From Felis catus (Eukaryota): a DNA stretch of 64,000 nucleotides. Below the pieces are notes generated by a model. It searched no databases. It was not told the origin of the DNA and was given only the letters and a program-made list of their open reading frames with translations. Each line of letters starts with the position of its first letter. The first letter of the stretch is position 1. Of the stretch, positions 23,900 to 36,583 are shown piece by piece. The stretch spans positions 12,030,001-12,094,000 of the forward strand of contig NC_058369.1 of NCBI RefSeq assembly GCF_018350175.1, given 5' to 3'. The translations under genes were made by a program, and so were the position numbers.

Positions 23900-26540
23900 A
23901 CGCCAGTACTGCGTTTCGATAACCAGATCAAAACAGCAATGAGATATCACTGCCAGGATGGCTATTATCAAAAAAGAGTAAAAGGTAATAAATGTTAGTG
24001 AAGAGGTAGAGAAATGTCAACCCTGCGCACCACGGGTGTGGGAATGCAAAATGGTGCCTCCACTATAGAAAACAGTATGGAGGTGTCTCAAAAACGTAAA
24101 CCTAGGGGCACCTGGGTGGCTCAGTTTGTTAGAGCATCTGGCTCTTGATTTCAGCTCAAGTCATGATCTCACGCTCATGAGTTCATACTGGACATGAAGC
24201 CTGCTTAGGATTCTCTCTCTCTCTCCCTCTGCCCCTCTCCCCAACTTGTGCATGTGCTCGCTCGCTCTCTCTCTCTCTCAAACAAAACATAGGGGTGCCT
24301 GGGTGGCTTAGTTGAGCATCTGACTCTTGATTTCAGCTCAGCTTGTGATCTCACGGTTCATGAGATCGAGCCCCACATCAGGCTCTACACTGACGTCAAG
24401 GAGCCTGCTTGGGATTCTGTTTCCCTCTCTCTCTCCCCCTCCTCCACTTGTGGTTCCGAAATAAATAAATCAATAAATGTTAAAAATAGAACCATCATAT
24501 GATCCAGTATATGTCCAAAAGAATTCAAATCCGGATCTCAAAGAGACAACACTCCCATGTCCATTGCAGCATTATTCACAATAGCCAAGATATGGAAACA
24601 ATCTAAATGCCCGTTGATGGATGAAAAGAGAAAGAAAACGCGGTATGCACGTACAATGGAATATTATTCAGCCTTATAAAGAAGGAAACTCTGCAGTATG
24701 TAACAACTTGGATGGCCTCTGAGTGCATTTGCTCAGTGAACTAAGCCAATCACAGAAAGACAAATCACAGAAAGATTTTGGGTTGTTTCCTGTTTGGGGC
24801 TACTATGAGTAAAACTTATTCCACTTATGTGAGGACAAAGTATAATGGTGGTTTACAGCAGCTGAGGGGAAGGTTAAGTGTCAGTTGGTTAAGTGTCCGA
24901 CTCTTTATCTCAGCTCAGGTCTCGATCTCAGGGTCATGACCCCTCCTTGGGTTCCGTGCTGGATGTGAAACCTACTTACAAAAAAAAATTGCGAAAATCT
25001 CATGTTAAGCGCTCTTACTACAATAAAATAAAGTAAAAACAAAAACGTAACTACCATATGACCCAGCACTGGCACTCTTGGGCAATCGCAGAGAAATGAA
25101 AACTTACGTTCACACAAAAACCTGTAACGGACGTTTTACTCATAGTAGCCCCAAACAGGAAACAGCCCATAAATCTTTCAACAGGCGAATGGTTAAACAA
25201 ACTGGTCCATCCATTCCACGGAACACTACTTAGCAATGAAAGGGGTACATGTGACAACTTGGAGGAACCTCTGGGGAGTTATGCTCAGTGGTCGGGGGGT
25301 GGGGGAGCCAATCCTAAAATGTTACATACTGGCTGGTTCCATTTCCATAGCATTCTTAAAATGACTAAATTATAGAAATGAGAACAGGTTGCTGGTTGCC
25401 GGGGTGCAGGGATGGGGTGGAAGGAGGTGGGTGTGGCCATACGCAAGTGCATCAGGACCTATCTTTATGATGATGGACTGCTCGTATCTTGCCTGTAGCA
25501 GTGTCAATATCCTGGCTGTGACATTGCCCTAGGGTTTTATAAGATGTCACCATCGAGGGAAACTGGAAAAGGGTACACGGGATCGCTCTGTATTATTTCC
25601 CTGTTTGTTTGTTTTTTTAACTTTTGTTGTGGTAAAATACACATAGCGTAACATTGACCATTTGGACCATTTTTAAGCGCACGACTCAGTGGTACGAAAT
25701 ACATTCACATTGTTATGCAGCCGTCACTACCCTCTGTCTCCAGAACCCTTTTCATGTTGTAGAACTGAAAGCCTGTCCCCGTTAAACAAGTCCCCATTCT
25801 CCCCTCCCCCCAGTCCCTGGAACCCACCATCTCACTTTCTGTTTCTGAGAATTTGCCTGTTCTAGAAACCTCATGTAAATGGAATCATACACTATGTGTC
25901 CTTTTGTGTCTGGCTTCTTTCACTCGGCGTGATGTCTTCAGGGTTCATCCATTGTAGCAGGTGTCAGATTTTCTTTCCTTTTTAAGACTAACTAATATTC
26001 CGTTGTGTGGATAGATCACATTTTGTTTATTCATTCATCCGGTCGATGGACACTTGGGGTCTTTCCACCTGTTGGCTTTTTGTGAAGAATGCTGCTATGA
26101 ACATGGATATATACTTGCAATAATGTTCTTTTTTCTGTGTCAGGATCCTACGTTACATGTAGTCATGATATCTCCTTAGGCTCCTGATTTTCAGTCTGTT
26201 TTTTTTTATCTGGTTTTAGGTTTTTGGTCTTTTTTTTTTTTTTTTTTCTTAATGACATTGATAGTCCTAAAGAGTACCAGTCAGGTACTTTGTAGAATGC
26301 CCTTCATTTTGATTTGTCTGGCATTTTCTCCTGAATGGACTGGATTTATGGGTTCAGGAAAGACCTCAGAGGTGAGGTGATCTCCTCATCACCTCTTCAT
26401 CACATCAGACCTGGAGTTACTTGATAGCTACAAGACATCATCGACAATGTTGACCTTGATCCTTTGGGGCAAGGCGGTGTTGGTCATGTTTTTCCATCCT
26501 CGATAACCGTTTTCCCTTTCCATAATCTGTTCTTTGGAAA
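23900..26540. mobile_element. Nested L1 fragments (both orientations) with embedded CAN-SINEs at ~24105-24289, ~24292-24485 and a short SINE ~24870-24990
   Basis: L1 3' motifs on + (23920-25600), antisense L1 3' end ~25610-26110, and SINEC heads GGGGCACCTGGGTGGCT. Confidence 0.75.
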
Positions 26541-26777
26541 CAAAGAGTCTTTTAAAGAAATGCTCCTTACCAGGGCCCTTGATGGCACATAGGGGGATGT
26601 TGGGTGATAAAGCACAGACATTACCAACGTAGAGTTGATTTCTCCAGTGATTTCAGTGAGTTATACTCTGTGCATGAAAATGTTTAGAAAACCTTAACTG
26701 ATTTATTGTATTTTCTTTGTATATATACACAGGAGTAGTATAAAAATCTCTATGTATTTAAATCTCAAGACTCTTTA

Positions 26778-26975
26778 TTTTTTTTAACGTGTATTTATTT
26801 TTGAGAGAGAGAGAATGGGAGAGGGACAGAGACAGAGGGAGACACAGAATCCGAAGCAGGCTCCAGGCTCCAAGCTGTCAGCACAGAGCCTGATGCGGGG
26901 CTCGAGCCCACGAGCCGCGAGATTAGGACCTGAGCTGAAGTAGGACACTTAACTGACTGAGCCACCCAGGTACCC
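26778..26975 (-). mobile_element. CAN-SINE with 14-bp TSD
   Basis: TSD CTCAAGACTCTTTA at 26764-26777 and 26976-26989. Confidence 0.92.
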
Positions 26976-28944
26976 CTCAAGACTCTTTAAATGGATACAA
27001 AATAAGAGTTTTTTTAAGTGAGCAAAAGCACCGTATCATAGTTTATTTGGAACAATTACTCCTTAGAACATAAATGATCAATGGGGGCAATATCTCTCCT
27101 AAGGTGGTGAAAATTGGTTCCGGGGGAGGGGTGGGGAAGGGATGAAAGAACCTTAGATATTTCGATGGCTCGTGGCCCTCCAAAGCTCAATCCTCCCCAA
27201 CAAAAACTCATTCACTGGCACTTAACTTCTCTCATTAAATTAAATTAAATTAAACTAAATTCTCTTTAGGGGATGATAATGAAAAAAAAAGGTTGAGAAG
27301 TGCTGTCGTCGAAGTTTATAAAATAGTGACACATCTTACAGCAGATGGCCTCATGCTATGGTGACAAACGCAAGGATGGAGCACTCAGCATAGGTTGGAT
27401 TACAGTTTGTGCCTCAGTTTCCCAACCTGTAAAATCAGGATGGTTTGTGTAACAGGGTGGCCGTGGAAGCAAATGAGATGATCCATGTAAATCCACGTAA
27501 AGTACGAGCTGTGGTTATCAGCCGCTGCCGCCGCCGCGCAGCAGCAGCCCCAGTTTATAAAAGAGGAAAGCGAAAGTTAAAGAGATCAAGCCACTTCCTG
27601 CAGGGCACACAGCCTTGGAAGTGCCAGAGAGGAACTTCAAAGCTCCTAGGTTGCCTGGGGCAGAACAGACCTCCCCAGCTGAGTCTGTCCTATTCTTCCC
27701 TGGGGAGCTCATCCGGTCAAGGATGGCCCCACCAAGGAGCTTACCCCTTCTGGACGCCCTCATCCAATTCCGGAACACCAAACATGCCTACAGCTGGAGA
27801 ATTGGGCAGTCGCTTGCTGCCCCCTGCAGGCAGAACTGGAAATGTCAGGCACCGTGCCCTCCTTTGGCCTGATGGGGGCGGAGGCGAGGGGGTGGGGAAC
27901 GCTTGCTTCTCCCTCCTCCATGCTCCCTCAAAAGTCCTTGGCACAAGTTGGGCAGTAGCAGTCTAAATGAAAATGCACAAATCTACATAATCTTGGACCC
28001 AGTGACTCCACTGCTACGGATTCAGGCCACTTGCAAAAGTGAGCTAAGATTTGTGGGCACGTTAGATGGGCTTTGATTAGGGAGGGGCCTCACTCAGCCG
28101 CAGGACACCCAGCCTTTGACAAGGGTGAGTGGAGGTGTCTGGGGCCTTGCAAAGAGCTCCAAGACATTTTGCTAGATGACAAACTGAAGACAGAAATAAA
28201 AAGACATTGTGCAGATGTACAGATGTGGGCATACACACTTTTGTGCTGAAAAATATAAAAATGAAATTGTTAATCATTTTGGAAAGAGGTGGGAAGAGAA
28301 GTTTCTACTTTTTTGCTTTCTTTCTTCTTTTAACTTTTTCTGTACTGTGTGGTTTTCTCACATGGGACATGGGCATGCATATATATGTTTAATGTTAGCA
28401 GAGGATTATGGGACATTTGGAGTTTCTTCTCTGTCTCCCTCGGTGTTTGACGCCACACACCAAAGCAGTCACAACATTTTGATGGGGGAAAGGTCAGCGA
28501 TAACGCGACTTTAGAATAAAATCCCATTTTATTTTTAACATTCCAGATAATAAGAGACTGGAAATAGAGAAATCAAAACAGTAACAGACGTTATTTCCGG
28601 ATGGGAGTGATTACTGTCTTCTCCGGGCTTCTCAGTACTTTTCTAATTACATATTCTGCAAATCATGTTTGCATAGCTTTTGCAATCAAATGCAAATAAA
28701 CAGATGCACAACATTGTGAATGCATTTAATGCCAATGAGTTGCACAACTTGAAGTGGTTACAATGCGGGCTGAGATGCTTCCCTGAGCCACCCAGGCGCC
28801 CCTTGTTTTGTTTTTTAAAGGTGTGTAGGTCGCAGCTAAGGCAGACGAGAGACTGTTCTTTCCAAATCAAGTTCTGGACCTTTTATACCCCCCAAAAGGA
28901 AGAATCTCAAACACATTATGCTCCTTGAAAGGACCCTAGCTCAT

Positions 28945-29160
28945 GGGGCGCTTGGGTGGCTGAGTCGGTCGGGTGTCCAACTTCAGCTCAGGTCATGAGT
29001 TCATAGTTCAGGTCATGGGTTCAAGTCCTGCGCTGGGCTCTCTGTTGACAACCTGGAGCCTGCTTCAGATTTTGAGTCTCCCTCTCTTTCTTCCCCTCAC
29101 TCGCTAGGACTCTGTATCTCAAAAATAAATGTCAAAAAAAATTTTTTAATTAAAAAAAGA
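28945..29160 (+). mobile_element. CAN-SINE
   Basis: Head, body and A tail; degenerate TSD (ctagctca). Confidence 0.85.
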
Positions 29161-29459
29161 AAGAACTCTAGCTCAAAAGAATGTATACAGTAGAATTCCA
29201 TGTATATAAAGCTTTTACAAAATATAAATCTAATCTATAGTAAGAGAAAACCGACTTGGAGTTGCCTGGGGAGAACGATGGGGGGGGGGGATTAACTGGG
29301 AAGGAGAAGAAAGGACTTTGTAGGAATGGAGTGTTCTAGATCTTGATTGTGGAGGTGATTACATAGGCGTGTAAATGTGATGATATTCATCAAAGAGCAC
29401 AATTAAAATGAGTGCATTTTACTGATTATGATACCTCAATAGAATACATTTTATTTGTT

Positions 29460-29806
29460 ATTTATTTATTTATTTATTTAATTAATTTATTTATTTATAA
29501 AGTAGGCTCCACGCCTTAAGTGGGGCTTGAAGTCACCACCCTAGGATTAAGAGTTGCATACTAGGGGCGCCTGGGTGGCTCCGTCAGTGAAGCATCTGAC
29601 TCTTGATTTTGGCTCAGGTCACCATCTGGGGGTTGGTGGGATCAAACCTCGCTATCAGCACAGAGCCTGCTTGGGATTCTCTTTCTCTCTCTCTCTTCTG
29701 TGTCCCTCCCCCAATCATGTTCACACGTGCACTCTCTCTCTCAAAATAAATAAATAAACTTAAAAAACAAAAAGTCGCATGCTCCACCGACTGAGCCAGG
29801 AGCCCC
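29460..29806. mobile_element. Short antisense SINEC interrupted by a sense CAN-SINE (29564-29771)
   Basis: The host element continues on both sides of the insert; degenerate TSD aagagttgcatact / aaaagtcgcatgct. Confidence 0.75.
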
Positions 29807-30019
29807 AATAGACTACATTTAATTTTTTCTTTTTTCAAATGCCATTGACATGTATTTCACAGAATGCTACCATCGCCCAAAAACTTAAAAACTTGTAAGT
29901 ACTGATTAGGTTTACAAAACTAGGTTATCTATTAAACTTTCAAAATACAGCAATAAAAGGGAACAGAACCCCAAGTGCACCCAAAACAATCAAGAGACCA
30001 CTGTATTTTAGGAAACGGG

Positions 30020-30306
30020 GTTCCGTCCAACCAGCTTTGCAGATCTACGAGGCCCAAGGCCGGAAAAACCGGAATCGGACTTGAAAGCCGGAAGTGTGGC
30101 TGAAGACCGGATGCAAAGGATGAGGTCGCTCCAGACCCTCCCGGCCCCACCCACAACTGAAATGTGTGGCCCAGCTCTAGACGCCGAGAGCGCACGCGCA
30201 CCTCCTAGCTCAGCCAATCAAGACGAAGTGAGGCGGGCGTTCGGGAGGAAATAGCGTTCTCAAACAGGAAATGTGGCAGTTTACCTACGGAATCGCAGAC
30301 GGTGTC
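30020..30306 (+). promoter_or_regulatory. FAM32A: FAM32A CpG-island promoter / 5' UTR
   Basis: CpG-rich; ETS/GABP CCGGAAGT 30088-30095, NRF1-like GCGCACGCGCA 30190-30200, CCAAT 30214-30218. Confidence 0.8.
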
Positions 30307-30380
30307 ATGGCGGCCTACGAGCAGGTTCAAAAGGGGCCCCTGAAACTGAAAGGCGTCGCAGAGCTCGGCGTCACCAAGCG
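30307..30380 (+). CDS. FAM32A: FAM32A exon 1 (coding part)
   Basis: GTCATGG start; donor GTGAGT at 30381. Confidence 0.96.
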
Positions 30381-32381
30381 GTGAGTGTCCAAGAGTACCG
30401 CGAAAGGTTGTCTTCTGTCCCCTTAACCGTCTTCTAGAGTTCCAGAGCTCTTGCTCCGCGATCCGCCCTTACCTCCTCTCCCCCGCGCTTCTCCCCTCCC
30501 AGGAAAAAGAAAAAGAAGGACAAAGACAAAGCGAAACTCCTGGAAGCAATGGGAACGAGCAAAAAGAACGAGGAGGAGAAGCGGCGTGGCCTGGACAAGC
30601 GAACCCCGGCCCAGGCAGCCTTTGAAAAGATGCAAGAGAAGCGGGTAAGGCGGATGGGGAAGCTGGGGATGCCCCGCGCAGCGGGTCTGGGTCTCCCGAG
30701 GTGGATGCAGAGACAGGGCCTGACGACTCGAAATTGGGGTCAGCCCGGGCCGCTCGAAGGGGTGGCGAGCGGTCAGAGAGGCGTTAATTCCGGGAAGAAG
30801 ATGCTACGTGGAGGAGGAAGAGTCCGCGCTGGGGGAGCTCCGGGGACGGGAAGCACCTCTGGCCAGAGTGGATGGCAGAGGAGAAAGCTAGAGCTGGCGT
30901 TGAAAGGAGGCCAGAGCTGGGGACCGAATTTGGATTCCAGCGCAGCCTTTCATTTGTCTAGTGACACTGGGTTAATAACTCACTTTCTCTCTGCCTCAGT
31001 TCACTTATCTGGAGGGGTTAGGATAGTGCTGTCGCCTAAAAGGTGTGGGAACTTTAAATGAAGTCATGCAGGTAAAGCATTTGGCACTTGGTTTGTCCCA
31101 AGTCAGTGTTCAGCTGACGTTAGCTGTTGATATTAAATGGTCATGCCTCCTGCTCTAAATTTCCAGGAAGTCTGTTACTTTGATGACTTTTTTGGCGGGT
31201 TATTTTTTTTTTTAATTCTTTTATATATTTTTTAAAAGTTTATTTACTTTGAGGGGCGCCTGGTGGCTCAGTCGGTTAGGCATCCGACTTCAGCTCAGGT
31301 CATGATCTCGCGGTTTGTGAGTTCCAGCCCCACCTCGGGCTCTGTGTTGACAGCTCAGAGCCTGGAGCCTGCTTCCGGTTCTGTGTCTCCCCTTCTCTCT
31401 CTCTGCCCCTCTCCTGCTCGTGCTCTGTCTTGCTCTGTTTCTCAGTAATAAATGAACATTAAAAAAAAAGTTTATTTATTTTGAGAGAGAGAGAAGGGGG
31501 ACGAGCAGAGAAAGGGCAAGAGAGCGAAAATTCCAAGCAGGCTCTGCACTGTCAGCACAGAGCCCGATGCGAGGCCCAAACTCAAGAATTGTGAGATTGT
31601 GACTTGAGCTGAAACCAAGAGCCAGAAGCTCAACCCACTGAGCCACCCAGGCACCGCAGTAAATCACTTAGCTTAATAGTAAACACAGTAAATTTGGACA
31701 GCAGGGGGTAGGAGATGTTAGCAGAGGATAAATAAGCCCAGCCTGGTGTCTGGGGGAAGGGAATAATCAGTCTAGGTTGGTGGTTCTCAATGGGGTGCCA
31801 TTTTGTATCCCACCTCCACCCTCAAGACATTTGGCAATGTTCGAAGACATTTTCGTTTGATAAAACTTGGTGTGTTGGCAGGGGTGGGGGTAGTGTTACT
31901 GGCATCTAGTGGGATGAGGCCAGGGATGCTGGTCAGTGTCCTACAGTGACCAAGATAGAACCTCCTGCAACAAAAAAAGTGATCTGGCCCCAAATATCAA
32001 GTGTCCATGCTGAGAAACCCTAACCCTGGTCTGGGGTGTTTGGTCCAGTAACATCAGGAAGAGTGAACTCATTACTCTCAGGCCTAATTGAGTCATAAAA
32101 AAAAAAAAAAAAAAAAAAAATGGTGAGACACACTGGCTTTGGCAAGACCAACCTGAGTTCCATTGTGTCTCTACCGCTTCTTGGTGGTGGTGTAGCTCTG
32201 GGCAGGTCGGTTAACCTCCCACACCTCATTTTCTTCATCTGTAAAGTGGGGCTGAAGTCCTTACCTAACGGGTTTGTGGTGAGGGTTTAACAAGCGAATG
32301 CACTTAATTTCCTTCCCTGAGGTTATAGTCACAGGTTAGGCTGGGGTGTTACTCCTCTTGGGAGAGGGGTAACCATCAGGC

Positions 32382-32416
<35 letters not shown>

Positions 32417-35400
32417 GCACGCCCCAGAGTTGGACAGTAGTACTGGAAGCCATAGAAGTTATAAGGTTTGGGATGGATTTTGGAGCGAGAACAGCAGGAT
32501 TAGTTGCTGGACTGGGTGTGGGCTGGGAAAGAATGAGGGATGACCACGATTTTTGGTAGGAGTTGCTGGGTAAGTGAAAGTGCTATTTACCGCAGTAAGA
32601 AGGACAGCAGGCTCTAAAGCAGCTTTCTTTCTTCCTTTTTTTTTTTTTTTTTTTAATTTTTTTTAACGTTTATTTATTTCTGAGAGAGACAGAGACAGAA
32701 CGCAAGTGGGTTAGGGGCAGAGAGAGAGGGAGACACAGAATCCGAAGCAGGCTCCAGGCTCCGAGCTGTCAGCACAGAGTCCGACGCAGGGCTCGAACCC
32801 ACAGACTGTGAGATCATGACCTGAGCCGAAGTCGGACGCTCAACCGACAGAGCCACCCAGGCGCCCCTAAAGCAGCTTTCTAAAGCGGGGCAACAAGACC
32901 TTGGTTTTAGAGAGGTTATGTTTCAGGGCCTGTTAGAAATCCAAATGGAGAATTCTCGTGGACAGTGTGATACCTGAATCTGCAGTTTGGAGGAGAGGTC
33001 TGGGCCTCTCCTGAACGTTCTGGAATTGCTGTGAGGAGACCCTCTGACTGGATGAGATCCTCCGAAGAGAGACAGTGACAGAGAAGAGGTCTAGAATGTG
33101 AAGTTGCAAAGGATCCCTCACGAGAAGGAGGAAAACCGGGAGAGAGTGTCCTTAGGAGCTGAGTGGAGAAAGTGTCTTCAGGAGAAAGTGATCCACAGTG
33201 TCATTTGCTGCCAAGAGGTCTTGTAGGGTGACTACTGAGAGCCCGAAGTCGGTGGCATTTGGAATGTGGAGGAAGAGAGGCTGATGAGAGGGGATCCAAG
33301 GGAGGGTAGGGAAAGGCAAAGGTGGAGACGATGCAGAAATAACTCTTGGAAGATCTAGCAAGAGGACCAGGGAAACAAGCACATAGCTGGAAGGTGGTGG
33401 AAGGTCAAGGGGACGTTTTTGGTGCTGGTGTTGAAAACCGGAAGTGCTGCCGCGGATCTGGTTTGAACCAGGGGAGAGAAGGGAGAAGGGGTGGGCGGAG
33501 GCAGGTGGAGGGGGGAAACGCGGAATCCCTTGTGGGCGAGTGTCCCGTGGAGCACAGCGGGCATGAAGGCTGGACAGCTCTTGGAAGGAGGGTCCCCGGG
33601 GCCGAGTCCCAGCCTGAAGGGGTAGGGCTTGGCGTCTCCAGCCCCATCACCCATTGTGCATGCTGCTCCCCTTTTTCTCTGGGAAGTGGGGGTGGTGACA
33701 GCCCACAACGCACCCTGTGAACTTGGTGCGTGGAGTGGGGAGAGGGAAGGCGGAGCCCCGCCGAGCGCCTGGCAGTGATGTCAGCTGCCCACGTCAGCGC
33801 GGCCTCTCGTGAGGAGGCACAGCCCTCACGTGGGCTCACAGGGTAAGAAGAGGCAGGGAAGGAAAGGGAGGGGCAGCCAGGTGGTGGGTGACAGGGATCA
33901 TCTCCTGTGGGCTGACTCGGCTCGGCTGGGGCTGGAGGCCCAGCGGAACCGGAACAGCCAAGATAGCTAGCCTCACCGTCACGTGTCTGGCGCCTCCTTG
34001 CTCCTCCCTCCACGCATGTCGTCTCATCTTCCGGGTCCTTTCTTTCCAGTAAGGTCATCAGACTTCCTGCGTGGTGGTTGACTTCCAAGAACGCAAAGCA
34101 AAGGCGGCCGGCTCTTACAGCTTTGGCCCAGCACTGGTACTGCGTTCTGTTAAGTAAACTGAGTCACAGGGCCAGCCCAGAGTCATGGTGACGGAGAACC
34201 GCACTAGGGCACCACGACCAGGCAGCACGGTTCACAGGGGGACTACCAGAGTCGGCCACAGTCACCCAGTCAGTACGTGTCGAGCCAGGTGCGGCCCCGG
34301 GTGTGCATCGCATGCTCTAGACTCTTCCTAGGTAGCATCGGGGATTAGGAAGGGGGGTGGGGCACGATACGTATTCTGCAATCCTGATTGTCAAGGTGCT
34401 CTGGATCTTGTAGCCCCCCTGGCACTGTGTCACCAGCATCTGTTCCCTTGAGCTCCTATTACGTGTTGGGCTCTTTATCTTCCCCATTTTTCTTTTTTTT
34501 AAGTTTATTTTTTTTTTTATTTTTGAGAGAGAGGGTGTGTGCACGTGCAAGCAGGGGAGGGGCAGAGAGAGAGAGGGAGAGAGAATCTCAAGCTGGCTCC
34601 GAGTGACAGCTCGGAACCCCATATGAGGCTCCCTCTCATGAGCTGTGAGATCATGACCTGAGCCAGAATCGAGAGTTGGACGCTCAACCGACTGAGCCCC
34701 CCAGGTGCCCCTACGCTTCTCATTTTTCATCCTTCTTCAAACCCCATCCGAGACTTTCTTTTCCTGCCAAATGGGAATGCCTGCAAGTGACTGCCCTTGC
34801 CCAGGGCTGCAGGAAGGACACCTACAGCTCCCAGTGGAGTCGACTCGAGTCAGTGCCAGTATGTTGCTTGACACTGACCGCAGGGCAGCTGACCTGGGTT
34901 CCTGGTGGGATATGCTGTGGCCGGGCATCCCTGTCGGACCAGCCTGGGGAGAGGTGAGGGAGGGGCGAGATGTACGCCCGAGACCTCCAGCCATTCCAGA
35001 GCCAAGCTGGCGGGGGCTTCTGTCTTCTGCCCCACGCAGGCCTGGGCTGTGTCAAGTGTGTGAACTCAACCTCCGTGTCTCTCCTCTCTCCAGCAAATGG
35101 AAAGGATCCTGAAGAAAGCATCCAAAACCCACAAGCAGAGAGTGGAGGTAAGTCACGTGCCCAGGGGGAAAGACCCCAGGCTCTGTAGGGTCCCGGCTGG
35201 GCCCAGAGGTTAGGAGCCTGGCAGAGGGAGCCATTGGAGTGTTGGGGGGGGGGGGTTGCCCAACAGCAGCGACGCCTTCCCGGGTCATGTAAGGATGAGG
35301 CCAGGGTTCAGGGCCGGGTGGCTTTGAGGGGAGGGGGCTCAGCAAGGAGAGGCAGGATGTGGAAAAGCGGGAGTGGGCAGTGTCTCGCAACCCTGGTGTC

Positions 35401-35515
35401 CTGCCCGAGACTCTGCTGATGTGGGTTTTCTCCTCGGCTTTCCTAGGATTTCAACAGACACCTGGACACCCTCACGGAGCACTATGACATTCCCAAAGTC
35501 AGCTGGACCAAGTAG
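30307..35515 (+). CDS. FAM32A: FAM32A (spliceosomal exon-ligation factor), 112 aa; join(30307..30380,30503..30644,35094..35147,35447..35515)
   Basis: MAAYEQVQKGPLKLKGVAELGVTKRKKKKKDKDKAKLLEAMGTSKKNEEEKRRGLDKRTPAQAAFEKMQEKRQMERILKKASKTHKQRVEDFNRHLDTLTEHYDIPKVSWTK*; 339 nt, GT-AG introns, phases consistent. Confidence 0.97.
30503..30644 (+). CDS. FAM32A: FAM32A exon 2
   Basis: cccag| KKKKKDKDK..MQEKR |gtaagg. Confidence 0.96.
31253..31655. mobile_element. Tail-to-tail inverted CAN-SINE pair (+ 31253-31469; - 31470-31655)
   Basis: The sense copy sits in the T-tail of the antisense copy; TSD AAAAGTTTATTTA(C/T)TTTGA at 31234-31252 and 31466-31484. Confidence 0.88.
31778..32021. mobile_element. 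MER20-like hAT-Charlie element
   Basis: gtggttctcaa..gacatttggcaatg..actggcatctagtggg..gaggccagggatgctg..gagaaaccct. Confidence 0.75.
32382..32416. repeat. (TA)n microsatellite
   Basis: Directly visible. Confidence 0.95.
32629..32866 (-). mobile_element. CAN-SINE with perfect 15-bp TSD
   Basis: TSD CTAAAGCAGCTTTCT at 32614-32628 and 32867-32881; long T tail. Confidence 0.93.
34489..34711 (-). mobile_element. CAN-SINE
   Basis: Antisense SINEC. Confidence 0.87.
35094..35147 (+). CDS. FAM32A: FAM32A exon 3
   Basis: ctccag| QMERILKKASKTHKQRVE |gtaagt. Confidence 0.97.
35447..35515 (+). CDS. FAM32A: FAM32A exon 4 (coding part)
   Basis: cctag| DFNRHLDTLTEHYDIPKVSWTK* (TAG 35513-35515). Confidence 0.97.
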   Translation, partial: DFNRHLDTLTEHYDIPKVSWTK

Positions 35516-36577
35516 CCTCCCCACCCAGGGTATGGAGTGGCACCAAGGGGAAATGGAAGGTGAAATTGGGGCTCTGTTTGGTGCCTTTGGTGTTTTCTAA
35601 GAACATTCTTTTACACACACCCTTGCGTCTTCTGCTGAGACAAGTGCTTTCCAAAGCAGTGTGTCCTCTTTCTGGAACTCGATTAAAGTAAGACTGTCCT
35701 TTTACTCTATTTTGGTTTCTCGGTAGAAGATCAAATTTTTTTAGTTCGGACTAGAGATTTTTAAAAGTTTATCCAGAGATTGAGGTTATTTCCGTGTGTC
35801 ACAGAAAAGGGTCTTTGCCCCCAAACTGCATCTAACTCTGACAGTCAGCCAGCCATCTTTTCTTGGATGAAACGGACTCCAGGGGATCAGGAGGTAATGC
35901 TGACACAGCCGGCAGCTTACAGACCCCGTGAGGCCCTACGTGAGCTGTCCTTCTGAGCTTCCTCCTGCTTGGGGCTTGTACTGTTTCTTCCAGAGCCTAG
36001 GGAAGCCACTTGTACTTTCTTGGCCTTCAGATGCCTCCTCAGCCCCCTGGTGTGTAAGACCACACAGCCTGGAAACAGAGCCACTGCCAAAGGCAAGGAT
36101 GAAATGTACGCTTTGTCCCTGTCTGAGCTCCTGGCGGACTTACAGCCTCTTCCCCTAGTGCCCCCATTCCAGACGAGTTTAGAGGGTGTGGCCCTGGCAG
36201 ACATCACTAATCAAACACAGCATTCTTTGTAATGGAACCCGGACACTGCCTGCCTCACTGCCCTCAACCCTAGGCTCTAAGCAGCCCCTGTGTTTATTCA
36301 GAGTGGCACATAACTTGTAGCCTGCTTGGCATTTCTGGCCTAAGGACATCTCAGGGGTGGCAGGACCTGGGCAGAGCCCTGGCACAGACAGTACAATACA
36401 GTCAAAGGGAGGACCCACGTTCTGGTGCTGGAGAGCCGTGATCTCTTTTGAGGACCTACGTGTTCCTACCTGATGAGGATCAAACTGCATATACTATTGG
36501 GAGGAAGTCTCTGTTGACATAGGAGGTGAAAGAATAACAAAATCGTGTTGGGTTTGGGGCTGTCATATGGTGAAGAG

Positions 36578-36583
36578 AATAAA
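36578..36583 (+). terminator. FAM32A: FAM32A distal polyadenylation signal AATAAA
   Basis: Canonical hexamer ~1.06 kb after the stop; a second ATTAAA at 36597-36602. Confidence 0.7.

Noticed and set aside
33405..34088. 227-aa minus-strand ORF in FAM32A intron 2
   Set aside because: GC-rich, low-information peptide overlapping old L2/MLT1-like sequence.
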